The position numbers and the translations under genes are program-made. A DNA stretch of 61,909 nucleotides from a virus (taxonomy: Duplodnaviria > Caudoviricetes), in IMG/VR virus record IMGVR_UViG_3300007754_000342, positions 1 to 61,909 of that record. One strand, 5' to 3'. This document shows, piece by piece, positions 47,918 through 57,578 of the stretch. Each line of letters starts with the position of its first letter. Positions within the stretch are counted from its first letter, which is position 1. Below the pieces are notes generated by a model. It was given only the letters and a program-made list of their open reading frames with translations, ran no database searches and was not told where the DNA came from.

Positions 47918-48403
47918 ATGGCAGAAATACAAATAAAATGTCCACATTGTTATTCTGAAGAAAAATGTTTTGAAGAAACAGTTGAGAGAAAAGATGAAGA
48001 TGACTTTAAAAGTTATCTATGTTTTAATTGTGGTTATACATCAAACTCACTTTATTCAGAAGAATCGAAAGTAAAGAATCAACATTTAGAATCTACTGCA
48101 CAAATAATAAGAGATTTGGAATTTTTTGATGAAGAACGAAAGATATATTGGTATCCATCAGTTATTAACATGGGGTCTAAAGGTATTATTTATCCTGAAG
48201 GAGATGTCGAAAATTGGTATTGGAGATACGCTGAAGTGATATTTATACCAGAGGAAGAAAGGAAAAATTATCCAGTTCCAGGTAAAGATGGTGAGTTCTA
48301 TGAATCACGATTGGATACCGAAGGAGCTAAAAGATTTGGACAATTTGAATTTCTTGACGCTTGTAGAGCAATGGGAATAGTTAAAACTAACTTGGAGAAG
48401 TAA
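47918..48403 (+). CDS. Zn-finger hypothetical protein
   Basis: CPHC and CFNCG. Confidence 0.75.
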   Translation: MAEIQIKCPHCYSEEKCFEETVERKDEDDFKSYLCFNCGYTSNSLYSEESKVKNQHLESTAQIIRDLEFFDEERKIYWYPSVINMGSKGIIYPEGDVENWYWRYAEVIFIPEEERKNYPVPGKDGEFYESRLDTEGAKRFGQFEFLDACRAMGIVKTNLEK

Positions 48404-48404
48404 A

Positions 48405-49139
48405 TTGGGATTAGCCGCGGCATATCGTACTAAGTTTCTAAAACAAGAATTGGTTAAGAAAAATCAAATTCGTAGAGGTATGATTTTATTGGGTAAATAC
48501 AAATCTGCTAAAAGTGGTGAAGTTACAAATAAAGTTTCTTTAGTATTAGATTGGACGCCTTTTAGAGGAAATATAGCTCAAAGAAAATTGTATGTATTTG
48601 ATTTGGATAACTTACAACCAAGTCTTTTAAAAAGATTAATAAAAAAGGTTGGTGGACTTGAATTTACAAGTTATGATGATTTTACTTATCATAGAGTTAA
48701 ATTTGGTGAAGGTATAAGAGATGGTTCAATTACGTTCAATAAATACATTAGAGATTTTTTAACAGAAGTTGAAGGTGCGTGGAAAACATATACATTACGT
48801 AATTACAAACAAGTTAAAATATGTGATTATGATTATAGTGGAATGTTTACTGGAAAATCTTTACCACCAAGAATTACTATTGCAGATAGATTAGTTCAAT
48901 TAGAAGATTTATTAGAAGTTAACTTTAATAAAGTTGGTAAGGCTGTAAGTTCTAATTTTAAAGGTCAAGAGAAAGTTACCTATGATGAAATAATACAAGC
49001 GTATGGAGAAATAGAACAAACACCCGCTACTATATCTGAACAAAAGTATTGGGAAAGAATGAGAGCTCAAGCTATGGTGGAATATAATAAGAAAAGAGAA
49101 CAATTGTTAATGAGAAGAGCTAAAGGACAAGTAGTTTGA
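48405..49139 (+). CDS. Hypothetical protein
   Basis: 244-aa ORF, TTG start after GGAG. Confidence 0.65.
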   Translation: MGLAAAYRTKFLKQELVKKNQIRRGMILLGKYKSAKSGEVTNKVSLVLDWTPFRGNIAQRKLYVFDLDNLQPSLLKRLIKKVGGLEFTSYDDFTYHRVKFGEGIRDGSITFNKYIRDFLTEVEGAWKTYTLRNYKQVKICDYDYSGMFTGKSLPPRITIADRLVQLEDLLEVNFNKVGKAVSSNFKGQEKVTYDEIIQAYGEIEQTPATISEQKYWERMRAQAMVEYNKKREQLLMRRAKGQVV

Positions 49140-49666
49140 AAATTAGTTATGGTATCACAACTCATAATGAAGCTGATGAGTTAAATAGGTTATTAGAAAT
49201 TCTTATTCATAAAACACAACCCGAAGATGAGATAGTTATTTGTGTTGATGGAGAAGATGATGGAGTTAGGTTTGTATTAGATAGTTGGACTGCACAATAT
49301 GGACACGATGGTATGAAAGTTATTAAAGTTTATCAGAGAAAACTTGAAGGTGATTTTGCAGCCCAAAAGAATTCGGTAATAGAGAATTGTAGTGGAGATT
49401 ATATTTTTCATATTGATTGTGATGAGTACCCGAATGAAATATTATTAGAGCAACTTAAACCGATATTAGAAATGAATGATGCTGATTTAATATATGTGCC
49501 AAGAGTGAATACAGTTGATGGAATAACAGAACAACACATAAAACAATGGGGTTGGAAAGTAACTGCACCATTTGAACTTTATAATGAAAAAGTTATGGAT
49601 ACTGAAAGTGAAGAATATAAACTTTTGAAAAAAATGGACTTAATTGTTGAAGAAGAAATATTGTAA
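49136..49666 (+). CDS. Glycosyltransferase family 2, N-terminal part of a split gene
   Basis: KISYGITTHNE, DFAAQKN, DYIFHIDCDE, VPRVNTVDG. Confidence 0.85.
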   Translation: MKISYGITTHNEADELNRLLEILIHKTQPEDEIVICVDGEDDGVRFVLDSWTAQYGHDGMKVIKVYQRKLEGDFAAQKNSVIENCSGDYIFHIDCDEYPNEILLEQLKPILEMNDADLIYVPRVNTVDGITEQHIKQWGWKVTAPFELYNEKVMDTESEEYKLLKKMDLIVEEEIL

Positions 49667-49670
49667 ATAT

Positions 49671-49750
49671 GAGTGTGTAGCCCGATTTGGTAAGGGGGCG
49701 GACTGTAAATCCGTTTAACCATCAAGTAGGTTCGAATCCTACCACACTCA
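49671..49750 (+). tRNA. trnY: tRNA-Tyr (GTA)
   Basis: Acceptor GAGTGTG/CACACTC+A, D-arm with TGG, anticodon arm GCGGA-CTGTAAA-TCCGT, T-arm GTAGG-TTCGAAT-CCTAC; CCA not encoded. Confidence 0.93.
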
Positions 49751-49770
49751 CTTAATAAAGGAATAAATAA

Positions 49771-49836
49771 ATGCAAACATTTTTACCACATGAATCATTT
49801 GAAAAAACAGCTTATGAAAGTCAAAGTAAAATATAA
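49771..49836 (+). pseudogene. 5' remnant resembling a pyrimidine-dimer glycosylase-like (MQTFLP...) gene
   Basis: AAGGA RBS; MQTFLPHESFEKTA matches my recollection of that family's N-terminus; stops after 21 aa. Confidence 0.45.
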
Positions 49837-50053
49837 AGTTCCAATAATTAACTCACCCGACTATCAAGCGAGAGTTTTTCGTAATGATGAAAAGATAAGA
49901 TGGGTAAGACCAGTTCATGAGTATATTGGTGGTTGTAAAACATATACACATTTACCACCAATGGAAGAATTAAGTTTATATCATCCAAAGACTATAAAGA
50001 AACAAGAAGAACAAAATAGCTTTTATAGTGAATTACAACACACTTTTAGATAA
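49814..50053 (+). CDS. Glycosyltransferase family 2, C-terminal part of a split gene
   Basis: PDYQARVFRN, IRW..PVHE.I.G, LYHPK.I.KQ..QN..Y is the usual continuation of the 49136 domain; ATG at 49814 (alternative 49790). Confidence 0.75.
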   Translation: MKVKVKYKVPIINSPDYQARVFRNDEKIRWVRPVHEYIGGCKTYTHLPPMEELSLYHPKTIKKQEEQNSFYSELQHTFR

Positions 50054-50603
50054 ATTAAAAAAATTTAGTAAAATAATTGTAACTGGTCCACAAAGGTCTG
50101 GTACTACATATATGAGTTATATATTGAGTAAAGATTTACATTACGAACATATAGATGAAGTCGAATATAGAAGTGGTACTAAACCATCAACACAACTTTT
50201 TATGGAAAGATTGAATAAAAAAAATATGGTTATACAAGCTCCAACACAAACACATATTTTACATAAATTAGAAAATGATTCGGATATGATTATTTTATGG
50301 ATGAATAGAAGTGACGAAGATATTATTAAATCGGAAGACAGAATTGGTTGGCATAAAAAGTGTTTTAAAACGGAAGAGTTACCAAAATATTTAAAATTAT
50401 GTGAATCTGATTTTAATGAATATTACGAAAAGTTTTTAAGTTTTAAACGAAATTCCCATTTAAAGAAATTTGTTTGGAATAATTTACAAAAACAAATTAT
50501 GAAAAATACTTTTGTAGAAGTTGAATATGATATTTTAGAACAAACTAAAGAATTTATTCCCAAATCAAAAAGAATAAATTTTGGGTCAAAGCAAATTAAA
50601 TGA
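50028..50603 (+). CDS. P-loop sulfotransferase-like protein
   Basis: IIVTGPQRSGTT, M.R...DI.KS, V.VEYD. Confidence 0.6.
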   Translation: MNYNTLLDKLKKFSKIIVTGPQRSGTTYMSYILSKDLHYEHIDEVEYRSGTKPSTQLFMERLNKKNMVIQAPTQTHILHKLENDSDMIILWMNRSDEDIIKSEDRIGWHKKCFKTEELPKYLKLCESDFNEYYEKFLSFKRNSHLKKFVWNNLQKQIMKNTFVEVEYDILEQTKEFIPKSKRINFGSKQIK

Positions 50604-51298
50604 AAATAAGAATTATAATACCAACACTTTTTCATGACAAACCATCCGTTTATGAAGAAAAATTTGGTGCGTTGAAAGAACAATTATCTAACTATGATTA
50701 TGATATAGTAATGATTTGTAATTACAAAAAAAATGAAAAAAAATTTTGGGATTGGGATTTTAATGGAGTAATAAAAAAGTATTCTGAAGATGAATTTAAT
50801 ATTGGTAAAGCTGTAAATATTGGTTTAGATTTGAGAAGTAAAGCCGATTACTATTGTTTTTTTTCCGATGATATAGTGATTAAAGAAGATAATTGGGTAA
50901 AAAAGTTTATTGATTTATATAATATGAAAGATTTAAATGTTGGTTTAATTGGAATAAAAGGTCATACCAAATCTATTATTAAAAAAATGGGTGACATTGA
51001 ACAACATGGCCATGTGGATGGTTTGATGTTTTTTAGTAAAGAAAGACTTAAAGAAGTAGGTAGGTATAGTGAAGAGTATCATTATGATTGTGAATGTCAA
51101 GATTATTGTTTAACTATGATGTTGCATGGTTATAATAATTATTTAGTTAAGTTAAATTACGAACATTTTAAAAGTTCTCCAATAATTAAAAAACCAGAAC
51201 AAAGTAGAAGTATATCAAGAAAAAAATTAGAAAAAAAATGGAAGAACCTTCAAAAAAAACACGAAGATAAAAATTTAGTAGTACATGGTAGTAGTTAA
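50600..51298 (+). CDS. Glycosyltransferase (GT-A/GT2-like)
   Basis: IIIPT, AVNIG, YCFFSDD, DYCL. Confidence 0.75.
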   Translation: MKIRIIIPTLFHDKPSVYEEKFGALKEQLSNYDYDIVMICNYKKNEKKFWDWDFNGVIKKYSEDEFNIGKAVNIGLDLRSKADYYCFFSDDIVIKEDNWVKKFIDLYNMKDLNVGLIGIKGHTKSIIKKMGDIEQHGHVDGLMFFSKERLKEVGRYSEEYHYDCECQDYCLTMMLHGYNNYLVKLNYEHFKSSPIIKKPEQSRSISRKKLEKKWKNLQKKHEDKNLVVHGSS

Positions 51299-52047
51299 TG
51301 AGAAATTTAATTTATATAGTTACAATAGACCATTCAAGTTCTAAATACAAAAATAGTGATTATAGTCAATATTGTTTGAACACTTGGAAGTATTGGTGTG
51401 ATATGAATGATGTAGATTTACAAGTTATTACTAAACACGATGAGAGATTTGGTAAACCTATTTGGAATAAAGAATTAATCTATGAGAGAGCTGAAGGTTA
51501 TGATAAAATAGGAGTTGTAGATTCAGACACAATGGTGAAGTGGGATTCACCTAATCCATTTGATTTATTTGATGAAGAGTTTTGTGGTGTTAACGATATA
51601 GCTAATATGAAGTGGATGGACGATAGTATTAAAGCGTATGGGAAGTTCTTTCCAGATTTAGAAATTGATTATTATCAGTACATTAACGCAGGTGTCCTAT
51701 TTTTTCATAAAAAACATTTACACATATTCAAAGAGATATTGGATTTCTATTTTGACAATCAAGAAGAACTTGACAATTGGAATAAGGGTGGTGGTAAAGA
51801 ACAAACTATTCTTAATTATCATTTGGTAAAGAATAATATAAAACCTAAGTTGATACCACCATCTTGGAATTTATTTGCAATACATAAAAAAGAAATGTTC
51901 CAAGGTAATTGGCAAATACAAGAAGACCCAACACCATTTTTTATAAAGTATGGTAACATATGGCACTTTACTGGTATAAGTTTACAAGATAGGATAGATT
52001 TGATGAGAATAACTTGGGAAAGATTTAGGGGTAAATATGTCTACTAA
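51298..52047 (+). CDS. Glycosyltransferase (GT8-like)
   Basis: VDSDT, YINAGV, EQTILN, WN, IWHF. Confidence 0.8.
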   Translation: MRNLIYIVTIDHSSSKYKNSDYSQYCLNTWKYWCDMNDVDLQVITKHDERFGKPIWNKELIYERAEGYDKIGVVDSDTMVKWDSPNPFDLFDEEFCGVNDIANMKWMDDSIKAYGKFFPDLEIDYYQYINAGVLFFHKKHLHIFKEILDFYFDNQEELDNWNKGGGKEQTILNYHLVKNNIKPKLIPPSWNLFAIHKKEMFQGNWQIQEDPTPFFIKYGNIWHFTGISLQDRIDLMRITWERFRGKYVY

Positions 52048-52789
52048 TATTGTATTTACAGTTAATATAAAGAATCCAGATAAACCAAATAGGTCAACAC
52101 CATATGATTTGTCAGTTAAGAGTTGGAAAGATTGGGCATCAAAAAATGATTGTGAAGTTTTTGTATTAGACCAATGGATTTATGAAGAGATGAATCCAAA
52201 TTGGCACAAGTTACTTGTTTTTGATTTGTTAGAGAGTAGTGATATTGAGTATGACCAAATTTTAATAGTTGATTCTGATACCCTAATACATCCAGATGCA
52301 CCAAATGTATTTGAGACAACAGATAACAAATTTTGTGCCGTACATAATGATGGTAGTTACGATTGGGTATGTAGAAGTATGGAAACATATTCTAAATATG
52401 TATTTAAAGATTATATGTTCGATGTGTGGGAATATTTTAATTCTGGGTTTATGATTGTTAATGGTAAACACAAAGATTTATTTAGAGATATACGAAACTT
52501 TTATCTAACAAATTCAAATTTATTAAAACAAATACAAGAAAATTTTGGTGTTGGTACAGACCAACCAATTATTAATTTCTTTGTACAAAAAAATAATGTG
52601 GATTTAAAATTATTGCCATACAAATGGAATATGCAGGATATGTTTAGGAAAGAGATACTTACACCAGATTTTTTATTTACTAAACTTGGGTGGGTGTATC
52701 ATTATAACGCTATACCTGAAAATCAAGATTCAAGTAAGACATTATACTGGATGAACAAAACTTATGAGTGGTTACAACAAAATGATTAA
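52037..52789 (+). CDS. Glycosyltransferase (GT8-like), paralog of the upstream gene
   Basis: VDSDT, YFNSGF, DQPIIN, WN, VYHY. Confidence 0.8.
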   Translation: MSTNIVFTVNIKNPDKPNRSTPYDLSVKSWKDWASKNDCEVFVLDQWIYEEMNPNWHKLLVFDLLESSDIEYDQILIVDSDTLIHPDAPNVFETTDNKFCAVHNDGSYDWVCRSMETYSKYVFKDYMFDVWEYFNSGFMIVNGKHKDLFRDIRNFYLTNSNLLKQIQENFGVGTDQPIINFFVQKNNVDLKLLPYKWNMQDMFRKEILTPDFLFTKLGWVYHYNAIPENQDSSKTLYWMNKTYEWLQQND

Positions 52790-53507
52790 TATACAATTTA
52801 TAGTAGTTGGGTGGCATTATAGTTATCCAGAATGGATAGCGGGATTAATAGAATTAAACAAATCTAATGAAAATTTAGATGTATTTTGGTCTTGTCACAG
52901 AGAACCACCTGAGGTTGTAAAACAAAATTTTAATTGGAAGTTATTTGAGAACGTAGGACTCGAAGAAGGAGCTTATACACAAGCTTTAGAATACTTGGAT
53001 GTAGATGATGATACTATTTTATTCTTGGTTCACGATGATTTAATAATTAAAGATTGGAATTTTATTAATGTATCTATAGAGGCGTTAAATACTCATGGTT
53101 TGAAAGTTCTTGGTAATGGAGTTAACTACCCAACTGTGTTTGACCCAGAAAAAATCGAACGGGATAAGAAAAATATTGAGTGGGTTTCTGCAGATTGGAG
53201 ATACTTATTTACAGAACCTATTATGTGTAAAACTATTAGGTCAAGTTATTTGGTTATTAAATGGAAAGATTTAAAAAGTGTGGGTGGTTTTAATCCAATA
53301 TGGTTGAGTCCAGATTTAGATGAAGATGGTAATGCAATAAATTATGGTGGTATTGGAAATTTAGGGCAAACTATTGTTGGTTATAAATTCACAAAAATAT
53401 TTGGAGAAAATAAAATAGGTTATTTAAGTAAGGATTATCTCAATTCACCATATATCTATGAATGTGCACGAGGAGAGATAACAAAGGAGTTTACAGGTTA
53501 TGAATAA
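52782..53507 (+). CDS. Putative glycosyltransferase (GT-A)
   Basis: ENVGLEEGAY, FLVHDD. Confidence 0.6.
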   Translation: MINIQFIVVGWHYSYPEWIAGLIELNKSNENLDVFWSCHREPPEVVKQNFNWKLFENVGLEEGAYTQALEYLDVDDDTILFLVHDDLIIKDWNFINVSIEALNTHGLKVLGNGVNYPTVFDPEKIERDKKNIEWVSADWRYLFTEPIMCKTIRSSYLVIKWKDLKSVGGFNPIWLSPDLDEDGNAINYGGIGNLGQTIVGYKFTKIFGENKIGYLSKDYLNSPYIYECARGEITKEFTGYE

Positions 53508-54699
53508 ACCAAAAGAAATGATTCCATTATTCAAAGTAAGTATGGCAGAAACCATACCAGACAAGGTGTCTAAAATATTGATGTCTGGTTATATTGGACA
53601 AGGACCAGTTGTTGATGAATTTGAGGAATTATTAAAATTATATTTTGGACAAGATTGGTTGGTAACAACTAACGCGGCCACATCTGCTGAACATTTAGCT
53701 CTACATATGTTGAAAAAACCAACAAAGGTAATGGAGATGAATCATACTGGAGATGGAGCAGTATCACACGATTGGGATGGTATCAAAGATGGTGAAGAAG
53801 TTTTATGTACACCACTAACTTGTACCGCTACAAATTGGCCAGTATTAGCTAACAATTTGAATATTAAGTGGGTTGATGTAGACCCAAAAACATTGAACAT
53901 GGACTTGGATGATTTAGCAAGAAAGATAACTAAAAATACTAAAATAATTTATCTTGTACATTGGGGTGGTTATCCTATTGATTTGGATAAGGTAAAGGAA
54001 ATTCAAGATAGAACAAAACAGATGTTTGGATTTAGACCTATGGTTATAGAAGATTGTGCACACTCAATAGGTTCTTTTTGGAAAGGTCAACCACTTGGGA
54101 ATCATGGAAATATATGTACATTCAGTTTACAAGCTATAAAACACGTTACAGCTGTAGATGGTGGTATTCTAACATTACCTAATCAAGATTTATATCATAG
54201 AGCTAAATTACTTAGATGGTATGGTATTGACAGAGATACTAACAAGAAAGATTTTAGATGTGAAGCTGATGTATCCGAGTGGGGATTTAAATTTCATATG
54301 AATGATGTTAATGCTTGTGTTGGTATGGAAAATTTTAAAAACCTTGGTAATATAATTGATAGACACGTTGGGAATGCAGAATATTATAATAAAGAATTAA
54401 ATAAGGTAGCTGGTGTGACATTAACACAACAAGATATGAGATATAGAAAAAGTTCTTATTGGATTTATTCTATGTTGGTTGACAATAAACAACAATTCAT
54501 GGATAAGATGAAAGAGTGTAACATTATGGTTAGTCAAGTACACGAGAGAAATGATATACATAGTTGTGTTTCAGAGTATAAAGCACATCTTCCAAATTTA
54601 GATAAAATTCAAAAACAATTAATTTGTATTCCAAATGGATGGTGGGTTACAGATGAACAAAGAGAATACATAGTTGATTGTATTAAAGAGGGTTGGTAA
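53500..54699 (+). CDS. DegT/DnrJ/EryC1/StrS sugar aminotransferase
   Basis: GP.V.EFE, VHWGG.P, IEDCAH, FSLQAIKH, DGG. Confidence 0.92.
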   Translation: MNKPKEMIPLFKVSMAETIPDKVSKILMSGYIGQGPVVDEFEELLKLYFGQDWLVTTNAATSAEHLALHMLKKPTKVMEMNHTGDGAVSHDWDGIKDGEEVLCTPLTCTATNWPVLANNLNIKWVDVDPKTLNMDLDDLARKITKNTKIIYLVHWGGYPIDLDKVKEIQDRTKQMFGFRPMVIEDCAHSIGSFWKGQPLGNHGNICTFSLQAIKHVTAVDGGILTLPNQDLYHRAKLLRWYGIDRDTNKKDFRCEADVSEWGFKFHMNDVNACVGMENFKNLGNIIDRHVGNAEYYNKELNKVAGVTLTQQDMRYRKSSYWIYSMLVDNKQQFMDKMKECNIMVSQVHERNDIHSCVSEYKAHLPNLDKIQKQLICIPNGWWVTDEQREYIVDCIKEGW

Positions 54700-54914
54700 T
54701 GGTAGACTTAGAGTCATCAGTTAAAGAACAAGGTCAATGGGTTACTCAAATAATTCATTTTGTTGATGGTGTAAAAAGAACTATAGAAGGTGTAAATACA
54801 CATACAATTAGACAAGGTGAGTTTACTAAATTTTTATTGAGAGATGGTAGTTATGTAATGGTTAATGATAGAAATGTTTTAATGATTGAAATTTTTAAGG
54901 AACAAGATGTATAA
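54699..54914 (+). CDS. Small hypothetical protein
   Basis: TAATG overlap; 71 aa. Confidence 0.7.
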   Translation: MVDLESSVKEQGQWVTQIIHFVDGVKRTIEGVNTHTIRQGEFTKFLLRDGSYVMVNDRNVLMIEIFKEQDV

Positions 54915-55464
54915 AGAACCAAAAGTTTATTCATCATATAGTGAAAACAATATAGGTCAGACTCTATATGATATTGTTATGAAGTTGAAACCAAAGAAGA
55001 TTATTGAAATTGGTGTATTGGAAGGTTATTCAACTATTTGTATGGCTCAAGCTCTAAAGGATTTGGGTGAAGGTGGTAAAATTCATGCACACGATTTATT
55101 CGATGAGTATGAATACAGAAATTGTACGATGTCAGAAGTTTGGGATAATGTTAACAAGTATGATGTACAAGATTATGTACACTTAAAACAGAAGAGTTTT
55201 GATAGATGGTTAAATAATATGGAAGACTTTGATTTGATGCATATAGACATTTCAAATAATGGTGATGTTATAAAAAAGTTATATGATAGACTCACACAAA
55301 ATAAATCTATTAAAACTGGTCCGATTTTTTTTGAAGGTGGTACACAAGAACGTGATAAAGTAGATTGGATGATTGAGTATAATAAGAATGGAATGTATCC
55401 ACTTAAAGATGAATTGTCTTATGATATAGTTGATTCGAGATTCCCAGGGTTATCAGTATTATGA
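54907..55464 (+). CDS. Class I SAM methyltransferase (Methyltransf_24-like)
   Basis: IIEIGVLEGYST, FDLMHIDI. Confidence 0.85.
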   Translation: MYKEPKVYSSYSENNIGQTLYDIVMKLKPKKIIEIGVLEGYSTICMAQALKDLGEGGKIHAHDLFDEYEYRNCTMSEVWDNVNKYDVQDYVHLKQKSFDRWLNNMEDFDLMHIDISNNGDVIKKLYDRLTQNKSIKTGPIFFEGGTQERDKVDWMIEYNKNGMYPLKDELSYDIVDSRFPGLSVL

Positions 55465-56420
55465 TTTTAAAATATTCGTATGCAATAGGTTGTTTAGTTC
55501 AATGGTATGAGGTAGACATTTTAGAAGAGTATGTCGAAAGTGTAAATAATGCTTTAGGACAATTAGAAAACCCAGAGAATGTTATTGTTGACTTTAATGT
55601 CAATATGAATCAAGACTTAGAAAAATGTGAAGACGATACAAAATTGAAAGAGATAGAAAATAAATTAAAAAAGCTCTTGGATAATAGGTTTTTTAATGTT
55701 AAATTTACATATGAAAAAATATATACTATAGCAGATTATCGTAGGGATTTCAACAATAATTATTGTGATGTTGTTGACGTTCTAATGTGGGGTGAAACTG
55801 ATTCATTAATCCCAAGACAAACTTTTATGGTGTTGGATGGTATACATCACCAAGCTAAAGAAAAGACACCAAAGTATGTTCTTACATTTGGTATTTGTAA
55901 AATGTGGGATGATTCTTGGAAAGTAATAGAACACAATGAGTTTACAGATAAACCATTTATAGAGAATGATTATGATAATTGGTGGAGTCTAAAATATACA
56001 ATGAACATAGATGAAATGAATAAATTTAACGACAAGGTAACAGAGTTGGATGTTCAAGTTTTTGATAGATTTAAATTCAATGGTTGTGGTCTTGTATTTT
56101 CATCTGAAGTGGTTAGGTCTGGAGCTAATATTCCAAAGTCTGTTTTCTTTGTACACGAAGACACTTCTTTTATGTTGTCAATGCAAAAAATGTTTGGGAA
56201 TACCATTCCACAATTTATAGTAAAAAATATTTTGATTGTACATAATAGAAATCATCCAAAGAAAAGAATGTATGTAAAAGGTGAATCTGGACAAACGATG
56301 AATTTAAAAAGAAGAAGTAATGATTGGTATGTTAAAGCTAATAAATACTCAGAACATAATTGTTACAATTGGGATAAACAAGTAAAGTCTTATAAGTGGA
56401 GAGATGTTTTTAATGATTAG
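55461..56420 (+). CDS. Putative glycosyltransferase (GT-A-like)
   Basis: WGETDS (DxD-like), HEDT, HNR.H; cluster context. Confidence 0.5.
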   Translation: MILKYSYAIGCLVQWYEVDILEEYVESVNNALGQLENPENVIVDFNVNMNQDLEKCEDDTKLKEIENKLKKLLDNRFFNVKFTYEKIYTIADYRRDFNNNYCDVVDVLMWGETDSLIPRQTFMVLDGIHHQAKEKTPKYVLTFGICKMWDDSWKVIEHNEFTDKPFIENDYDNWWSLKYTMNIDEMNKFNDKVTELDVQVFDRFKFNGCGLVFSSEVVRSGANIPKSVFFVHEDTSFMLSMQKMFGNTIPQFIVKNILIVHNRNHPKKRMYVKGESGQTMNLKRRSNDWYVKANKYSEHNCYNWDKQVKSYKWRDVFND

Positions 56421-57012
56421 AGAATTTGATAATGAAGTATTGTTAGCTGGTATACCAGATAAGGCAGATTGGAGAACTACTACTTCACATAAATTTAAGA
56501 TAGATTTAATTGAGTTTTTTTCTGATGAAAAATATGGTGACGAAACGGCGTTAGAGATTGGTACACATATGGGTCATACAACTTATGTTCTAAGTCATTT
56601 ATTTGATAATGTTATTACCATTAATAAAAATCCAATAGACGAGAATTATTTCTGTGTTGGTGTAGATAATATACAATATCTTGTAATGGACTCTTATAGA
56701 CCACAAGGATGGCCACATTGGGATTGGAGAAAAGTATCTGTTGTTCTAATTGATGCAGGTCACGTTTATGATGCTGTAAAAATGGACATACAAAATGCAT
56801 TAAAGTTACCAAAGAAAAATAAATTTTTAATTTTTGATGATTTTGGTAAAGAAAATAATGGGGTTAATCAAGCTGTTGAAGAAATGGTATGGTTGGGTCA
56901 CATGGATATTGTAGCTTATATAGGTCATGAAAAAGGTGATGTTCTAAAAACAGAAGGTCAACAAGATTTAGTATTTACAGATTATGAAGGAGTAATATGT
57001 CAGACAAAATAA
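56413..57012 (+). CDS. Class I SAM methyltransferase (Methyltransf_24-like)
   Basis: LEIGTHMGHTT, LIDAGH.Y..V..DI, IFDDF. Confidence 0.85.
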   Translation: MIREFDNEVLLAGIPDKADWRTTTSHKFKIDLIEFFSDEKYGDETALEIGTHMGHTTYVLSHLFDNVITINKNPIDENYFCVGVDNIQYLVMDSYRPQGWPHWDWRKVSVVLIDAGHVYDAVKMDIQNALKLPKKNKFLIFDDFGKENNGVNQAVEEMVWLGHMDIVAYIGHEKGDVLKTEGQQDLVFTDYEGVICQTK

Positions 57013-57578
57013 TAATTGGTGTTGATGTAGATGGGGTTTTAAGAGATTTCTCTAATGATTTAATGCACGTAGTTATGAGAGATTATCCACAATATTTAAT
57101 ACCTGGACAAGATGTGATAGATGATTGGAGACTTGAAAAATGTTTTAATTGTAGTAAAGAGAAATTACAATCTATCTATTGGGATACCAATGTTGATGAA
57201 ATTATGGGTAATGGTAGTAAGATACCTGGTTCAGAATTACAGATAACAGAATTATTGGATTTTGCTAATCAACACGAAGATTTGGTTGAATTTTGGGTAG
57301 TGACTTCTCAAAAGAAACACGCTTTTCACTACACTTTAAAGTGGTTAGGACAACAAGGTTACAATTTTAAACGAGTTGTATTTGAACGTGGTAGAGAAAA
57401 ATGGAAAGTTGGTGTTGATTGGTTGATAGATGACTCACCATCAAATTGGGAAGCTTGGAAAGAAGGTCGTGGTGACGATAAGAATTATATCTTAATGGAC
57501 GCCGAACATAATCAACATATAAAACCAACATTCAGAATAAAAGAACTATTAGAAATTTACGATATAGTGAGAATATAA
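56997..57578 (+). CDS. HAD-family 5'(3')-deoxyribonucleotidase-like phosphatase
   Basis: GVDVDGVL.DF, VTS, K, LIDDSP.N. Confidence 0.85.
   Translation: MSDKIIIGVDVDGVLRDFSNDLMHVVMRDYPQYLIPGQDVIDDWRLEKCFNCSKEKLQSIYWDTNVDEIMGNGSKIPGSELQITELLDFANQHEDLVEFWVVTSQKKHAFHYTLKWLGQQGYNFKRVVFERGREKWKVGVDWLIDDSPSNWEAWKEGRGDDKNYILMDAEHNQHIKPTFRIKELLEIYDIVRI

Noticed and set aside
15986-53502. Recurrent AGGTTAT just upstream of several start codons as a translational operator
   Set aside because: Adequately explained as the 3' half of the Shine-Dalgarno sequence (AGGAGGT) plus an AT-rich spacer.
55666-55700. AAAAAGCTCTTGGA resembling the early promoter head
   Set aside because: Inside a coding region (KKLLD), the -35 box is TTGGAT and there is no convincing -10 at 17 bp.
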